The translations under genes and the position numbers were made by a program. Shown here in pieces: positions 1-8,282 of a DNA stretch of 64,000 nucleotides. Within the stretch, counting starts at the first letter, position 1, and every line of letters starts with the position of its first letter. Source of the DNA: Kiritimatiellia bacterium (GTDB lineage Bacteria; Verrucomicrobiota; Kiritimatiellia; RFP12; UBA1067); NCBI GenBank assembly GCA_017447805.1, contig JAFSMR010000006.1, positions 50,314 through 114,313 on the forward strand. Reading direction: 5' to 3'. Below the pieces are notes generated by a model, which saw only the letters and a program-made list of their open reading frames with translations, searched no databases and was not told where the DNA came from.

Positions 1-13
1 CATTGTTCGGTCA

Positions 14-613
14 GTGATTCTAAAGCCTATAGAAGAGCTCGAGAGGGTGCTTGGGCGTTTGCCGGGTTTCGGCAGGCGCTCGGCTTCTCGTGCCGCTTTG
101 GCGTTGGTGAGAGAGCCTTCTCGCCTTCTTGAGCCTTTGAAACAGGCGCTTGACAATGCCGCGAAAGAAATAGTCGTTTGTTCGAGATGCGGCGCTTTTA
201 CGGTTTCGAATAGAAATCCTTGCGATACTTGCACCGATCCTACGAGGGATGGCGCGGTCGTTTGCGTAGTCGAAGAACCTGCCGATATAGTCTCGATAGA
301 AGCAAGCGGCGCTTTCAAAGGACGCTACCATTCGCTCGGCGGAAAGCTTTCGCCTTCACGCCGACAAGGACCCGAAAAGCTGCGCTTAGATTCACTCTTG
401 GAGAGGGTGAAGGAAGAAGGTTTTACGGAAGTTTTGCTAGCTCTTTCTACAGATATGGAAGGCGATGCGACTGCGCTTTATGTAAGGGAAATGCTGAAAG
501 ATACCGGCGTTAAAGTTACACGCCTTGCGTTTGGGCTTCCGGCGGATTCGGGAATAGCCTATTCCGATCCTCTTACGTTGAGAAGGGCGATACAGGGGAG
601 GAGAGATGTCTGA
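14..613 (+). CDS. recR: recombination protein RecR
   Basis: 199 aa, GTG start. Cys4 zinc finger (CSRCG...CDTC) followed by a Toprim-type acidic region (VVEEPADI, DMEGD). Typical RecR length and layout. Confidence 0.9.
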   Translation: MILKPIEELERVLGRLPGFGRRSASRAALALVREPSRLLEPLKQALDNAAKEIVVCSRCGAFTVSNRNPCDTCTDPTRDGAVVCVVEEPADIVSIEASGAFKGRYHSLGGKLSPSRRQGPEKLRLDSLLERVKEEGFTEVLLALSTDMEGDATALYVREMLKDTGVKVTRLAFGLPADSGIAYSDPLTLRRAIQGRRDV

Positions 614-1601
614 AGTAAAACTCGAGCATGTCGGCAAAATTTATTCTCGCGGCGATGCGCCGGCGGTGGAAGATTTTTCGCTCGAGATAAAGGATGGCGA
701 ATTCTTGGTTTTGGTAGGCCCTTCCGGTTGCGGCAAATCTACGACGCTGAGGATGATTGCGGGACTTGAAACGCCTACGAGCGGAAAGATTTCGATTGGC
801 AATAACGATGTAACGAATCTTGCACCGAAAGACCGCGATATCGCGATGGTTTTCCAGAACTACGCGCTTTATCCTCACATGAGCGTGCGGCAAAACATGT
901 CGTTCGCGCTGAAACTCAGGAAGTATCCGCGATTCGAAATAAAGCGTCGCGTAAAGGCGGCATCCGAAGCATTGGGGCTGGAGCCGTATTTGAATCGTCT
1001 GCCGAAGGCGCTTTCGGGCGGGCAGCGCCAAAGAGTAGCGCTTGCGCGGGCGATTGTGCGCGAGCCTGCGGTATTCCTCTTCGATGAACCATTATCGAAT
1101 CTCGATGCGAAAATGCGCGTGGAAATGCGCGCCGAAATCATTCGTCTTCACCAGCAGCTTGGCGCTACGATGATTTATGTAACTCACGACCAGACCGAGG
1201 CTATGACGATGGGCGATAGAATCGTCGTAATGAACGCCGGCAAAATTCAGCAAGTCGCCGCACCGCTCGAAATATACCGCCACCCGGCCAATACTTTCGT
1301 CGCGAGTTTCATCGGAACCCCGCCAATGAATCTATTCGCGCCAGGGACTATCTTGCCGGATAAAACAGTAGGCATAAGGCCTGAAAACATAACTCTAGAA
1401 AGAGCTCCGGCGATATCGAAAGATTCTCTTCACGGCAAAGTCGATTTCATCGAACCATTAGGACCGGAAACGCTTGTGCACTTTACGATGTTCTCGGGCA
1501 AAGCGAAAGCGATTGCGAGGCTTTCCGGCTTTAGACAATTCGGACGCGGTGAAATCGTCGGCGTGAAATTCGATTCGAAAGAGGCAGTAATTTTTCCTTG
1601 A
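606..1601 (+). CDS. ABC transporter ATP-binding protein, MalK/UgpC/MsmX sugar-importer type
   Basis: Walker A GPSGCGKST, signature LSGGQRQRVALARA, Walker B FLFDEPLSNLD, H-loop VTHD, MalK-like C-terminal domain. Start overlaps the recR stop by 8 nt. No permease or binding protein nearby. Confidence 0.85.
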   Translation: MSEVKLEHVGKIYSRGDAPAVEDFSLEIKDGEFLVLVGPSGCGKSTTLRMIAGLETPTSGKISIGNNDVTNLAPKDRDIAMVFQNYALYPHMSVRQNMSFALKLRKYPRFEIKRRVKAASEALGLEPYLNRLPKALSGGQRQRVALARAIVREPAVFLFDEPLSNLDAKMRVEMRAEIIRLHQQLGATMIYVTHDQTEAMTMGDRIVVMNAGKIQQVAAPLEIYRHPANTFVASFIGTPPMNLFAPGTILPDKTVGIRPENITLERAPAISKDSLHGKVDFIEPLGPETLVHFTMFSGKAKAIARLSGFRQFGRGEIVGVKFDSKEAVIFP

Positions 1602-1695
1602 GATGAAACCGAAATTCCTAAATACGATCTTCAATATATGCGTAATTTTTTGCGCGTTCGCCAAGGTGCCGGGTTATTGAAAGGATCTCGATTCG

Positions 1696-3660
1696 ATGAG
1701 CGATGCAATAATAGAGATGCAGAATCTTATTGCCGAATTGAATTCGGCTGCAGATTCATATTATTCCGGCAAAGCCGAGTTGATGACGGATTTCGAATGG
1801 GATGCGAAGTTCGATCGTCTCAAGGCGTTGGAAGAAGCGACGGGGCAAATCTTGCCGGGCTCGCCGACAGCGAAAGTTTCTTCCGATTCGCTCGCCGGCG
1901 AAAAAGAAGCCCACGAATATCCGGCGCTTTCGTTGGCAAAAACGAAGAGCGTCGCAGACTTGGCAAAATGGTCGGAAGCTAGACCGATTTGGCTTAGCTG
2001 GAAGCTTGATGGTCTAACGCTTGTCGCGACATACGATGACGGGAAACTCGTAAAATTGATGACTCGCGGCGATGGGAGTATTGGCACGAATATAACGCAT
2101 CTCGCGCCGGCGATTCGAGGAATTCCCGAAACAATCGAAGATAAAGGCCATATTGTGATTCGCGGCGAAGCGGTGATTTCGTATGACGATTTCGAGGCCT
2201 TCGTAGCTTCTTCGAAAGAAGATTACGCCAATCCTCGCAATCTCGCTTCTGGCTCGTTCGCGCTGAAAGATGTCGATGAAGTCGCCAGGCGCAACATCCG
2301 CTGGATTCCTTTTACGCCTGTGCATCTCGAAAAAGATATCGTTTCGTGGGGCGAAAGAATGGCCTATCTCGAATCGCTAGGCTTTAAATGCGTCGAGCGC
2401 GAAGAAATATTCGAGCCGACTGAAGAGACGATTTCGGCGTCAATCGAACGCTGGACGAAAAAAGTAACTGATAAAATAAATCCATATCCTGTCGATGGCT
2501 TGGTTGTATGCTATGATGATACCGAATATGCAAAGACTGGTTCGGTAACCGGTCATCATGCGACCAAAGCCGGTCTTGCGTTTAAATGGGCGGATGAAAG
2601 CGCCGCCACGACGCTTGAAAGTATCGAGTGGAGCTCGGCGGTTTCTTCTATTTCGCCTGTCGCGATATTTAAACCTGTCCAACTCGAGGGTACGACTGTA
2701 AAGAGGGCGCTACTTTGCAATATTTCCGAATGCGAAAGATTGGGAATTGGCGGCGTGGGAACGAAAATCGAGGTAATAAAAGCGAATAAGATAATCCCGA
2801 AAGTGATAAGCGTTACCGAAAAGGTAGGCGAGCTCGAGGTCCCCGGGAAATGTCCCGTCTGCTCAGCGCCGACTGAAATTAAGATTTCCGCATCTGGCGC
2901 AAAGACCTTAAAATGCACGAATGAGGAATGTCCTGCGAGAGTCCTTAGAAAATTCATGCGATTTGTTTCGAAAGAAGGCATGGATATCGATGGGCTTGCA
3001 GGCCAGACTCTTGCGAAATTCGTGAACATGGGTTGGATAAAGGATTTGGCCGATATCTATAAACTCCCGCAGCATGCGGGTGAAATAGCTCTAATGGAAG
3101 GGTTTGGCTCCAAGAGCGCCGAAAATATGACGGCTGCGATCGAAAACGCCAGAATACGAGACGCCGCGAATTTTCTCGTCGCGCTTTCGATTCCTCTTTG
3201 CGGCAAAGATGTTGCAAAGCGCTTGCTTGGCGCTTATCCGAATTTGCGCGAATTGATTAAAGCGGCCGAAAGAGGTGAATCTTTTGCAGGTATCGATGGA
3301 ATAGGCGAGGTGAAATCCGCCGCATTTGTCGAGTGGTTTTCGAAAGAATCGAATCGCCTGTTGGTCGAAAAACTCCTCGCTGAAATAGAAATAAACGAAT
3401 ATAAAGCCGCGCTCGAGGGTGGCTCGTGCCAAGGCCTCACTTTCGTAATCACGGGTGACGTGACGAATTGGCCTAATAGAAATGCGCTTAAGGATTATAT
3501 AGAATCGCAAGGCGGCAAAGTCGCCTCGGCGGTTTCCGCAAAGACGAGCTTCCTGATAAACAACGATCTTGAATCTTCGAGCTCCAAAAACAAGAAAGCA
3601 AAGGCTCTTGGAATCGAGATTATCAGCGAACAAGATTTCATATCACGCTTTGGAAAATAA
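1696..3660 (+). CDS. ligA: NAD-dependent DNA ligase LigA
   Basis: 654 aa. Adenylation motif KLDG (SWKLDGLTL), Cys4 zinc finger (CPVCSAP...CTNEECPA), HhH region, C-terminal BRCT (GLTFVITGDV). Confidence 0.95.
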   Translation: MSDAIIEMQNLIAELNSAADSYYSGKAELMTDFEWDAKFDRLKALEEATGQILPGSPTAKVSSDSLAGEKEAHEYPALSLAKTKSVADLAKWSEARPIWLSWKLDGLTLVATYDDGKLVKLMTRGDGSIGTNITHLAPAIRGIPETIEDKGHIVIRGEAVISYDDFEAFVASSKEDYANPRNLASGSFALKDVDEVARRNIRWIPFTPVHLEKDIVSWGERMAYLESLGFKCVEREEIFEPTEETISASIERWTKKVTDKINPYPVDGLVVCYDDTEYAKTGSVTGHHATKAGLAFKWADESAATTLESIEWSSAVSSISPVAIFKPVQLEGTTVKRALLCNISECERLGIGGVGTKIEVIKANKIIPKVISVTEKVGELEVPGKCPVCSAPTEIKISASGAKTLKCTNEECPARVLRKFMRFVSKEGMDIDGLAGQTLAKFVNMGWIKDLADIYKLPQHAGEIALMEGFGSKSAENMTAAIENARIRDAANFLVALSIPLCGKDVAKRLLGAYPNLRELIKAAERGESFAGIDGIGEVKSAAFVEWFSKESNRLLVEKLLAEIEINEYKAALEGGSCQGLTFVITGDVTNWPNRNALKDYIESQGGKVASAVSAKTSFLINNDLESSSSKNKKAKALGIEIISEQDFISRFGK

Positions 3661-3675
3661 GAGGAGTCTATAGTT

Positions 3676-4266
3676 ATGGCAAAGAAAGTTGCTTCGTCCG
3701 TTAAAGTTCCAGATGAAAAGAAAATAGCCTCTCTCATACACGAGCTCTTGCTGGAGTTGGGCGAAGATCCCTCGCGCGAAGGACTGAAGAAGACGCCCGA
3801 GCGCGTAGCTAAATCGCTCGCATTCCTGACGCGCGGCTATCGGCAGAATATCAAGGCTGTCGTGAATAACGCGCATTTCGCGAGCGGCACGAATCACATG
3901 GTTATTTTGAAGGATATCGAATTGTATTCGATGTGCGAACATCACATGCTGCCGTTCTACGGCAAATGCGCAATCGGCTATATTTCGAAAGGCAAGGTTC
4001 TTGGCGTATCGAAGCTCGCGCGAATCGTCGATATGTTCTCGAGACGTTTGCAGATTCAAGAAAGAATGACAGAAGAAATCGCCAATGCGATCATGGAAGA
4101 GACCGGCGCGATGGGCGTTGGCGTAGTAATAAACGCCAAGCATCTCTGCATGATGATGAGAGGCGTCGAGAAACAAAATTCCGAAATGACGACTTCGGCC
4201 GTGCTCGGGACTTTCCGCACCGATGCGAAAGTTCGCGAGGAATTCCTTTCTCTCATCAAACAATAG
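3676..4266 (+). CDS. folE: GTP cyclohydrolase I (FolE type I)
   Basis: 196 aa. Hallmark [11 protein letters not shown] and the full-length FolE pattern (RVAKS..., [14 protein letters not shown]). Confidence 0.93.
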   Translation: MAKKVASSVKVPDEKKIASLIHELLLELGEDPSREGLKKTPERVAKSLAFLTRGYRQNIKAVVNNAHFASGTNHMVILKDIELYSMCEHHMLPFYGKCAIGYISKGKVLGVSKLARIVDMFSRRLQIQERMTEEIANAIMEETGAMGVGVVINAKHLCMMMRGVEKQNSEMTTSAVLGTFRTDAKVREEFLSLIKQ

Positions 4267-4275
4267 TCGAAAACG

Positions 4276-4914
4276 ATGAAAGCCTGCTTTTTCGATCTTG
4301 ATGGAACTCTAGCCGATACTCGGGCGGATTTGGCCGCAACGGTAAATGATACTCGCAAAGAGCTGGGGCTTGAGCCAAAAGGACAAGAGGAAATTCTTTC
4401 TTATGTCGGACGCGGCGCGAAATATCTCCTGGCCAATTCCATCCCCGAGAAGGCGGAAGAAAAAGATAAGCTTTTCGAAATTTTCATGCTTCATTATGGC
4501 GACCACATGCTTGATTCTATCGAGCTGTATCCAGGCGTGGTCGAAACCCTGGAAGAACTGAAAGCGCGCGGATGGAAACTAGGCGTAAATACGGCGAAGC
4601 CCGCGTTTGCGACACACGCGATAATCGAGCATTATAATCTCGGCAGATTTTTCGGCAACGCGGTAATCGCCGGCGGCGACTCGACCGAAATGAAACCTTC
4701 CCCTATCCCATTGCAAGATTGCTCGAGGAGAATGGGTGGACATTTGCTTACCCCGGAAGATTGGATGGTCGGCGATAATTGGACAGATATCAAATGTGCC
4801 GCCAATGCCGGAATAAAAAGCGCATTTTGTTCTTTCGGCTTCGGAATTTTGGCAGATTCTTCCCCAACTGTAACAATTACGTCTTTCCCAGACCTCTTAA
4901 AATATTTATTATAA
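4276..4914 (+). CDS. HAD-superfamily hydrolase, phosphoglycolate-phosphatase-like
   Basis: 212 aa. HAD motif I FFDLDGTLADT, motif III K (NTAKP), motif IV GDNWTD. Confidence 0.75.
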   Translation: MKACFFDLDGTLADTRADLAATVNDTRKELGLEPKGQEEILSYVGRGAKYLLANSIPEKAEEKDKLFEIFMLHYGDHMLDSIELYPGVVETLEELKARGWKLGVNTAKPAFATHAIIEHYNLGRFFGNAVIAGGDSTEMKPSPIPLQDCSRRMGGHLLTPEDWMVGDNWTDIKCAANAGIKSAFCSFGFGILADSSPTVTITSFPDLLKYLL

Positions 4915-5104
4915 CCCCCTGGGTTAGGTAATTGCGTCCGTGGACGAAGGTAGCGTCAAAAAATGAATGGAACCTCCGACCGGCTTCGCCGCGCGAGGGG
5001 ATGAAATTGGGCGTGCGAAAGCGATGATGGGGACGAAGGGAAGGGGTGAAATTGTAAATAATGGGCAAAATAGGGGGTGTTTTCAATAGAATATCACTTC
5101 CCTC

Positions 5105-5134
5105 TTGAAGCGGAGGGGGTAAATTTGGTAAAAT
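5105..5134 (+). promoter_or_regulatory. sigma70-type promoter TTGAAG-N18-TAAAAT with TG extension
   Basis: TTGAAG at 5105-5110 and TGgTAAAAT at 5126-5134. Followed by SD AAGGAG and the ATG at 5161. Confidence 0.5.
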
Positions 5135-5160
5135 ATAGCCGAAACTTCTAAGGAGTATAC

Positions 5161-6156
5161 ATGAACCAAGCAGAGAAAGAGCGCGCTGAGAAACTCGGTA
5201 AAAAGTGGACCCCAAAAGGCTACATCAAGAAGGAGATCGAAGCAATTCGCCAGCAAGTTGGCGATAAGAAAGTTTTGCTTGCGATGTCCGGCGGCGTAGA
5301 TTCAAGCGTTTGCGCCGTGTTGTTGCACAAGGCAATCGGCAAGCAGCTTACGTGCGTTTTCGTAGATCATGGTTGCATGCGCAAAAACGAAGCGAAGGAA
5401 GTTAAGCAGGTATTCAAAGGCAAATTTGGAATCAACCTAATTCAGATCGATGCGGAAAAGCGTTTTCTCGATAAGGCCAAAGGTATTACCGACCCTGAGC
5501 TCAAGCGCAAGTGCATCGGCGCCGAGTTCATCCGCGTGTTCGAGGAAGAAGCGAAGAAGCTCGGCAAAATCGAATTCCTCGGCCAAGGCACGATATATCC
5601 TGATATCGTAGAATCGGGGGTAGGCGGGCACAAGGCCGTAAAGGCGCACCACAATGTCGGCGGGCTTCCGAAGGATATCGGTTTCGAAGGGCTTGTCGAG
5701 CCGGTCAAGTATCTTTACAAGGATGAAGTTCGTAAAGTCGGAAGGGCGCTTGGCATTCCGGCGAAGATGGTGGAGCGTCAGCCGTTCCCGGGTCCGGGCC
5801 TCGCGGTAAGGTGCCTTGGCGAACTTACGAAAGAAAAGCTCGATATTTTGCGCGAAGCCGATTTCATCTTCCGCGATGAAATGGCGAAGGCCAAGCTCGA
5901 TAAGAAGGCGCAGCAATTCTTTGCGATTATGACGAATGTCAAATCTGTCGGCGTGAAGAATGGCGCGAGGACCTTTGGTTATGTAATCGCGATTCGCGCT
6001 GTATCTACATCGCAGTTCGTGAAGGCGGGTATCGTAGAGCTGCCGTTCAAGTTCGTTACGGCCGTGGCCGAGAAGATTGCGACCAAGGTAAAGGGCGTAA
6101 ATAGGGTAGTTTGGGATATTACCCCGAAACCGCCGGCGACAATCGAGTGGGAATAA
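5161..6156 (+). CDS. guaA: GMP synthase ATP-pyrophosphatase/dimerisation subunit (no glutamine amidotransferase domain)
   Basis: 331 aa. PP-loop SGGVDSSV; conserved GuaA C-terminal motifs (GQGTIYPDIVES, HHNVGGLP, LVEPVKYLYKDEVR, QPFPGPGLAVR, KPPATIEWE). The N-terminal GATase domain is absent. Confidence 0.85.
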   Translation: MNQAEKERAEKLGKKWTPKGYIKKEIEAIRQQVGDKKVLLAMSGGVDSSVCAVLLHKAIGKQLTCVFVDHGCMRKNEAKEVKQVFKGKFGINLIQIDAEKRFLDKAKGITDPELKRKCIGAEFIRVFEEEAKKLGKIEFLGQGTIYPDIVESGVGGHKAVKAHHNVGGLPKDIGFEGLVEPVKYLYKDEVRKVGRALGIPAKMVERQPFPGPGLAVRCLGELTKEKLDILREADFIFRDEMAKAKLDKKAQQFFAIMTNVKSVGVKNGARTFGYVIAIRAVSTSQFVKAGIVELPFKFVTAVAEKIATKVKGVNRVVWDITPKPPATIEWE

Positions 6157-6192
6157 ACATTTTCAACCACAAGCAAGACTAGAGGTAAGCAA

Positions 6193-7494
6193 ATGTTCAA
6201 CAATAAAGTTTATCACAAGATCGACGCGCTATCCGGCAGCGTTGCAACTCTTCGCGCCGAAGGCGTGAAATACAACGAAATCGCCGAGGTCGAATCGCGC
6301 GCCGGGACATCTCTTGCGCAGGTAATCAAGCTCGACGGCCCGAATGTAACGCTTCAGATTTTCGCAGGTGCCCGCGGCGTCGATACATCCGCGCGCGTCA
6401 GGTTCTTGGGCGAAACGATGAAAGTTCCGTTTTCGGAATCGCTCCTCGGGCGTGCATTTACCGGCGCGGGCATTCCTCGCGATGGCGGACCAGAAATCAC
6501 GGATAACCCATCGCCCATCGGCCAGCCATCGGTCAATCCCGCAAAGCGCGTGATGCCGCACGAGATGGTGAGAACGAACATTCCGATGATCGACCTCTTC
6601 AACTCGCTTGTTAAATCGCAGAAGCTGCCGATTTTTGCAAAGGCAGGCGAACCGTATAACGAGCTGTTGGCGCGAATCGCATTGCAGGCGGATTCTGATG
6701 TTATTATCATTGGCGGCATGGGGCTGAAGTATGATGAATATCTGAAATTCCGCAATACGCTCGACCAATCCGGCGCGCTTGCAAAGACGGTCATGTTCGT
6801 CCATACCGCGGCCGACCCTACGGTCGAATGTATGCTTGTTCCCGATGTGTCGCTCGCGGTCGCCGAAAAGTTCGCGCTTGGCGGCAAGAATGTGCTTGTC
6901 CTTCTGACCGATATGACGAGCTTCGCCGACGCCATGAAGGAAATCGCCATTACCATGGAACAAATTCCTTCAAACCGCGGATATCCCGGCGACCTGTATT
7001 CGCAGCTCGCCGCAAGATACGAAAAGGCGGTGGACTTCGATGGCGCCGGCTCCATTACCATTCTCGCGGTAACGACGATGCCAGGCGACGATGTAACTCA
7101 CCCGGTTCCCGATAATACCGGTTATATTACAGAAGGCCAGTTCTATCTTCGTAATGGACGCATCGAGCCGTTCGGCTCGCTTTCCCGTCTCAAACAGCAG
7201 GTCAACAAGAATACGCGCAAAGATCATCGCACTGTAATGGACGCTATGATCAAGCTTTACGCGCAGTACAAAGAGACTGTCGAAAAGCAGTCGATGGGCT
7301 TCAAGATGTCCAATTGGGATCAGAAGCTATTGAAGTATGGCGCGGCATTCGAAAAAGAGATGATGGATTTGTCGGTAAATATTCCTCTCGAAGAAGCGCT
7401 GGATTTAGGCTGGAAGATTCTCGCGGATAATTTCGAGCGTGATGAAGTCGGCATACCATCGAAGTTGACAGACGAATTTTGGCCTAAGAAATAA
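6193..7494 (+). CDS. ntpB: V/A-type ATPase subunit B (non-catalytic nucleotide-binding subunit)
   Basis: 433 aa. B-subunit pattern: degenerate P-loop region [50 protein letters not shown]. No other V-ATPase gene in the window. Confidence 0.85.
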   Translation: MFNNKVYHKIDALSGSVATLRAEGVKYNEIAEVESRAGTSLAQVIKLDGPNVTLQIFAGARGVDTSARVRFLGETMKVPFSESLLGRAFTGAGIPRDGGPEITDNPSPIGQPSVNPAKRVMPHEMVRTNIPMIDLFNSLVKSQKLPIFAKAGEPYNELLARIALQADSDVIIIGGMGLKYDEYLKFRNTLDQSGALAKTVMFVHTAADPTVECMLVPDVSLAVAEKFALGGKNVLVLLTDMTSFADAMKEIAITMEQIPSNRGYPGDLYSQLAARYEKAVDFDGAGSITILAVTTMPGDDVTHPVPDNTGYITEGQFYLRNGRIEPFGSLSRLKQQVNKNTRKDHRTVMDAMIKLYAQYKETVEKQSMGFKMSNWDQKLLKYGAAFEKEMMDLSVNIPLEEALDLGWKILADNFERDEVGIPSKLTDEFWPKK

Positions 7495-8282
7495 TGAATA
7501 TCGGATTTTTCGGAGGCGGTAAGATGGCCGAAGGGATACTTTCGGCCATCAAGAAACCTCAGCATGTAACAATAGCCGAAAAAGTAGCGACAAGGGCTAA
7601 AGAGCTCGGCGAGAAATACAAAGTGAAAGTGGCGCGCGATTTGAAAGATGTCGTGCGCCGCGCCGATTTGATATTCCTCGCCGTTCGCCCGCAAGATGTC
7701 GAAAGCGTCGCGCAAGAAGTAACCGGGGAATTTTCGAAAGAGCAGACTCTCGTATCGATCGTCGCCGGCAAAACGCTATCTTCGCTTCGCAAGGCATTCG
7801 GGAAGAATGTTAATCTAATTAGGGTAATGCCGAATCTCGCGCTTAGGTCGGGCGCGGGAATGTGCGCAGTTTGTGCAGAAAAAAGGACGCCCCGCGCCGC
7901 GCTTGACGAAGTTCTAGCCATCTTGGGCTCTGCGGGCAGGTGCGTAGAATTGAAAGAAAAGGCCTTCGACGCCGTTACTGCTCTCAGCGGGTCGGGTCCG
8001 GCTTATTTCGCCTATATGTGCAAGGCGATGGCTGAAGGCGGCGTCAGCCTAGGACTAAAGAAAGATGTCGCGGATTTGCTCGCACGCCAGACGATGTTTG
8101 GTACGGCAAAATTCCTCGTGGAATCTGGCTTCGAATTAGAGCCGTTCATCGAGGGCGTTGCGACGAAAGGCGGGACTACTGCCGCAGGAATGGTCGAGCT
8201 CGACAAGAATAAAACATTTAAGGACATCGTCGCCAAGACTTTGTCGGCAGCCGCAAAACGATCATCGGAATTGGCAGGATGA
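7494..8282 (+). CDS. proC: pyrroline-5-carboxylate reductase
   Basis: 262 aa. N-terminal Rossmann GFFGGGKMAE; ProC C-terminal pattern (ALSGSGPAYF, TKGGTTAAG). Its ATG overlaps the ntpB stop (TAATG). Confidence 0.9.
   Translation: MNIGFFGGGKMAEGILSAIKKPQHVTIAEKVATRAKELGEKYKVKVARDLKDVVRRADLIFLAVRPQDVESVAQEVTGEFSKEQTLVSIVAGKTLSSLRKAFGKNVNLIRVMPNLALRSGAGMCAVCAEKRTPRAALDEVLAILGSAGRCVELKEKAFDAVTALSGSGPAYFAYMCKAMAEGGVSLGLKKDVADLLARQTMFGTAKFLVESGFELEPFIEGVATKGGTTAAGMVELDKNKTFKDIVAKTLSAAAKRSSELAG

Noticed and set aside
4915-5104. Spacer between the HAD gene and guaA as a further copy of the mosaic repeat family, or a riboswitch upstream of guaA
   Set aside because: It has the same stuttering style (GGACGAAGG, GGGGACGAAGGGAAGGGG, GATGAAATTG/GGTGAAATTG). 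It does not share a defined module with the other blocks, and I could not recognise a purine or other riboswitch core.
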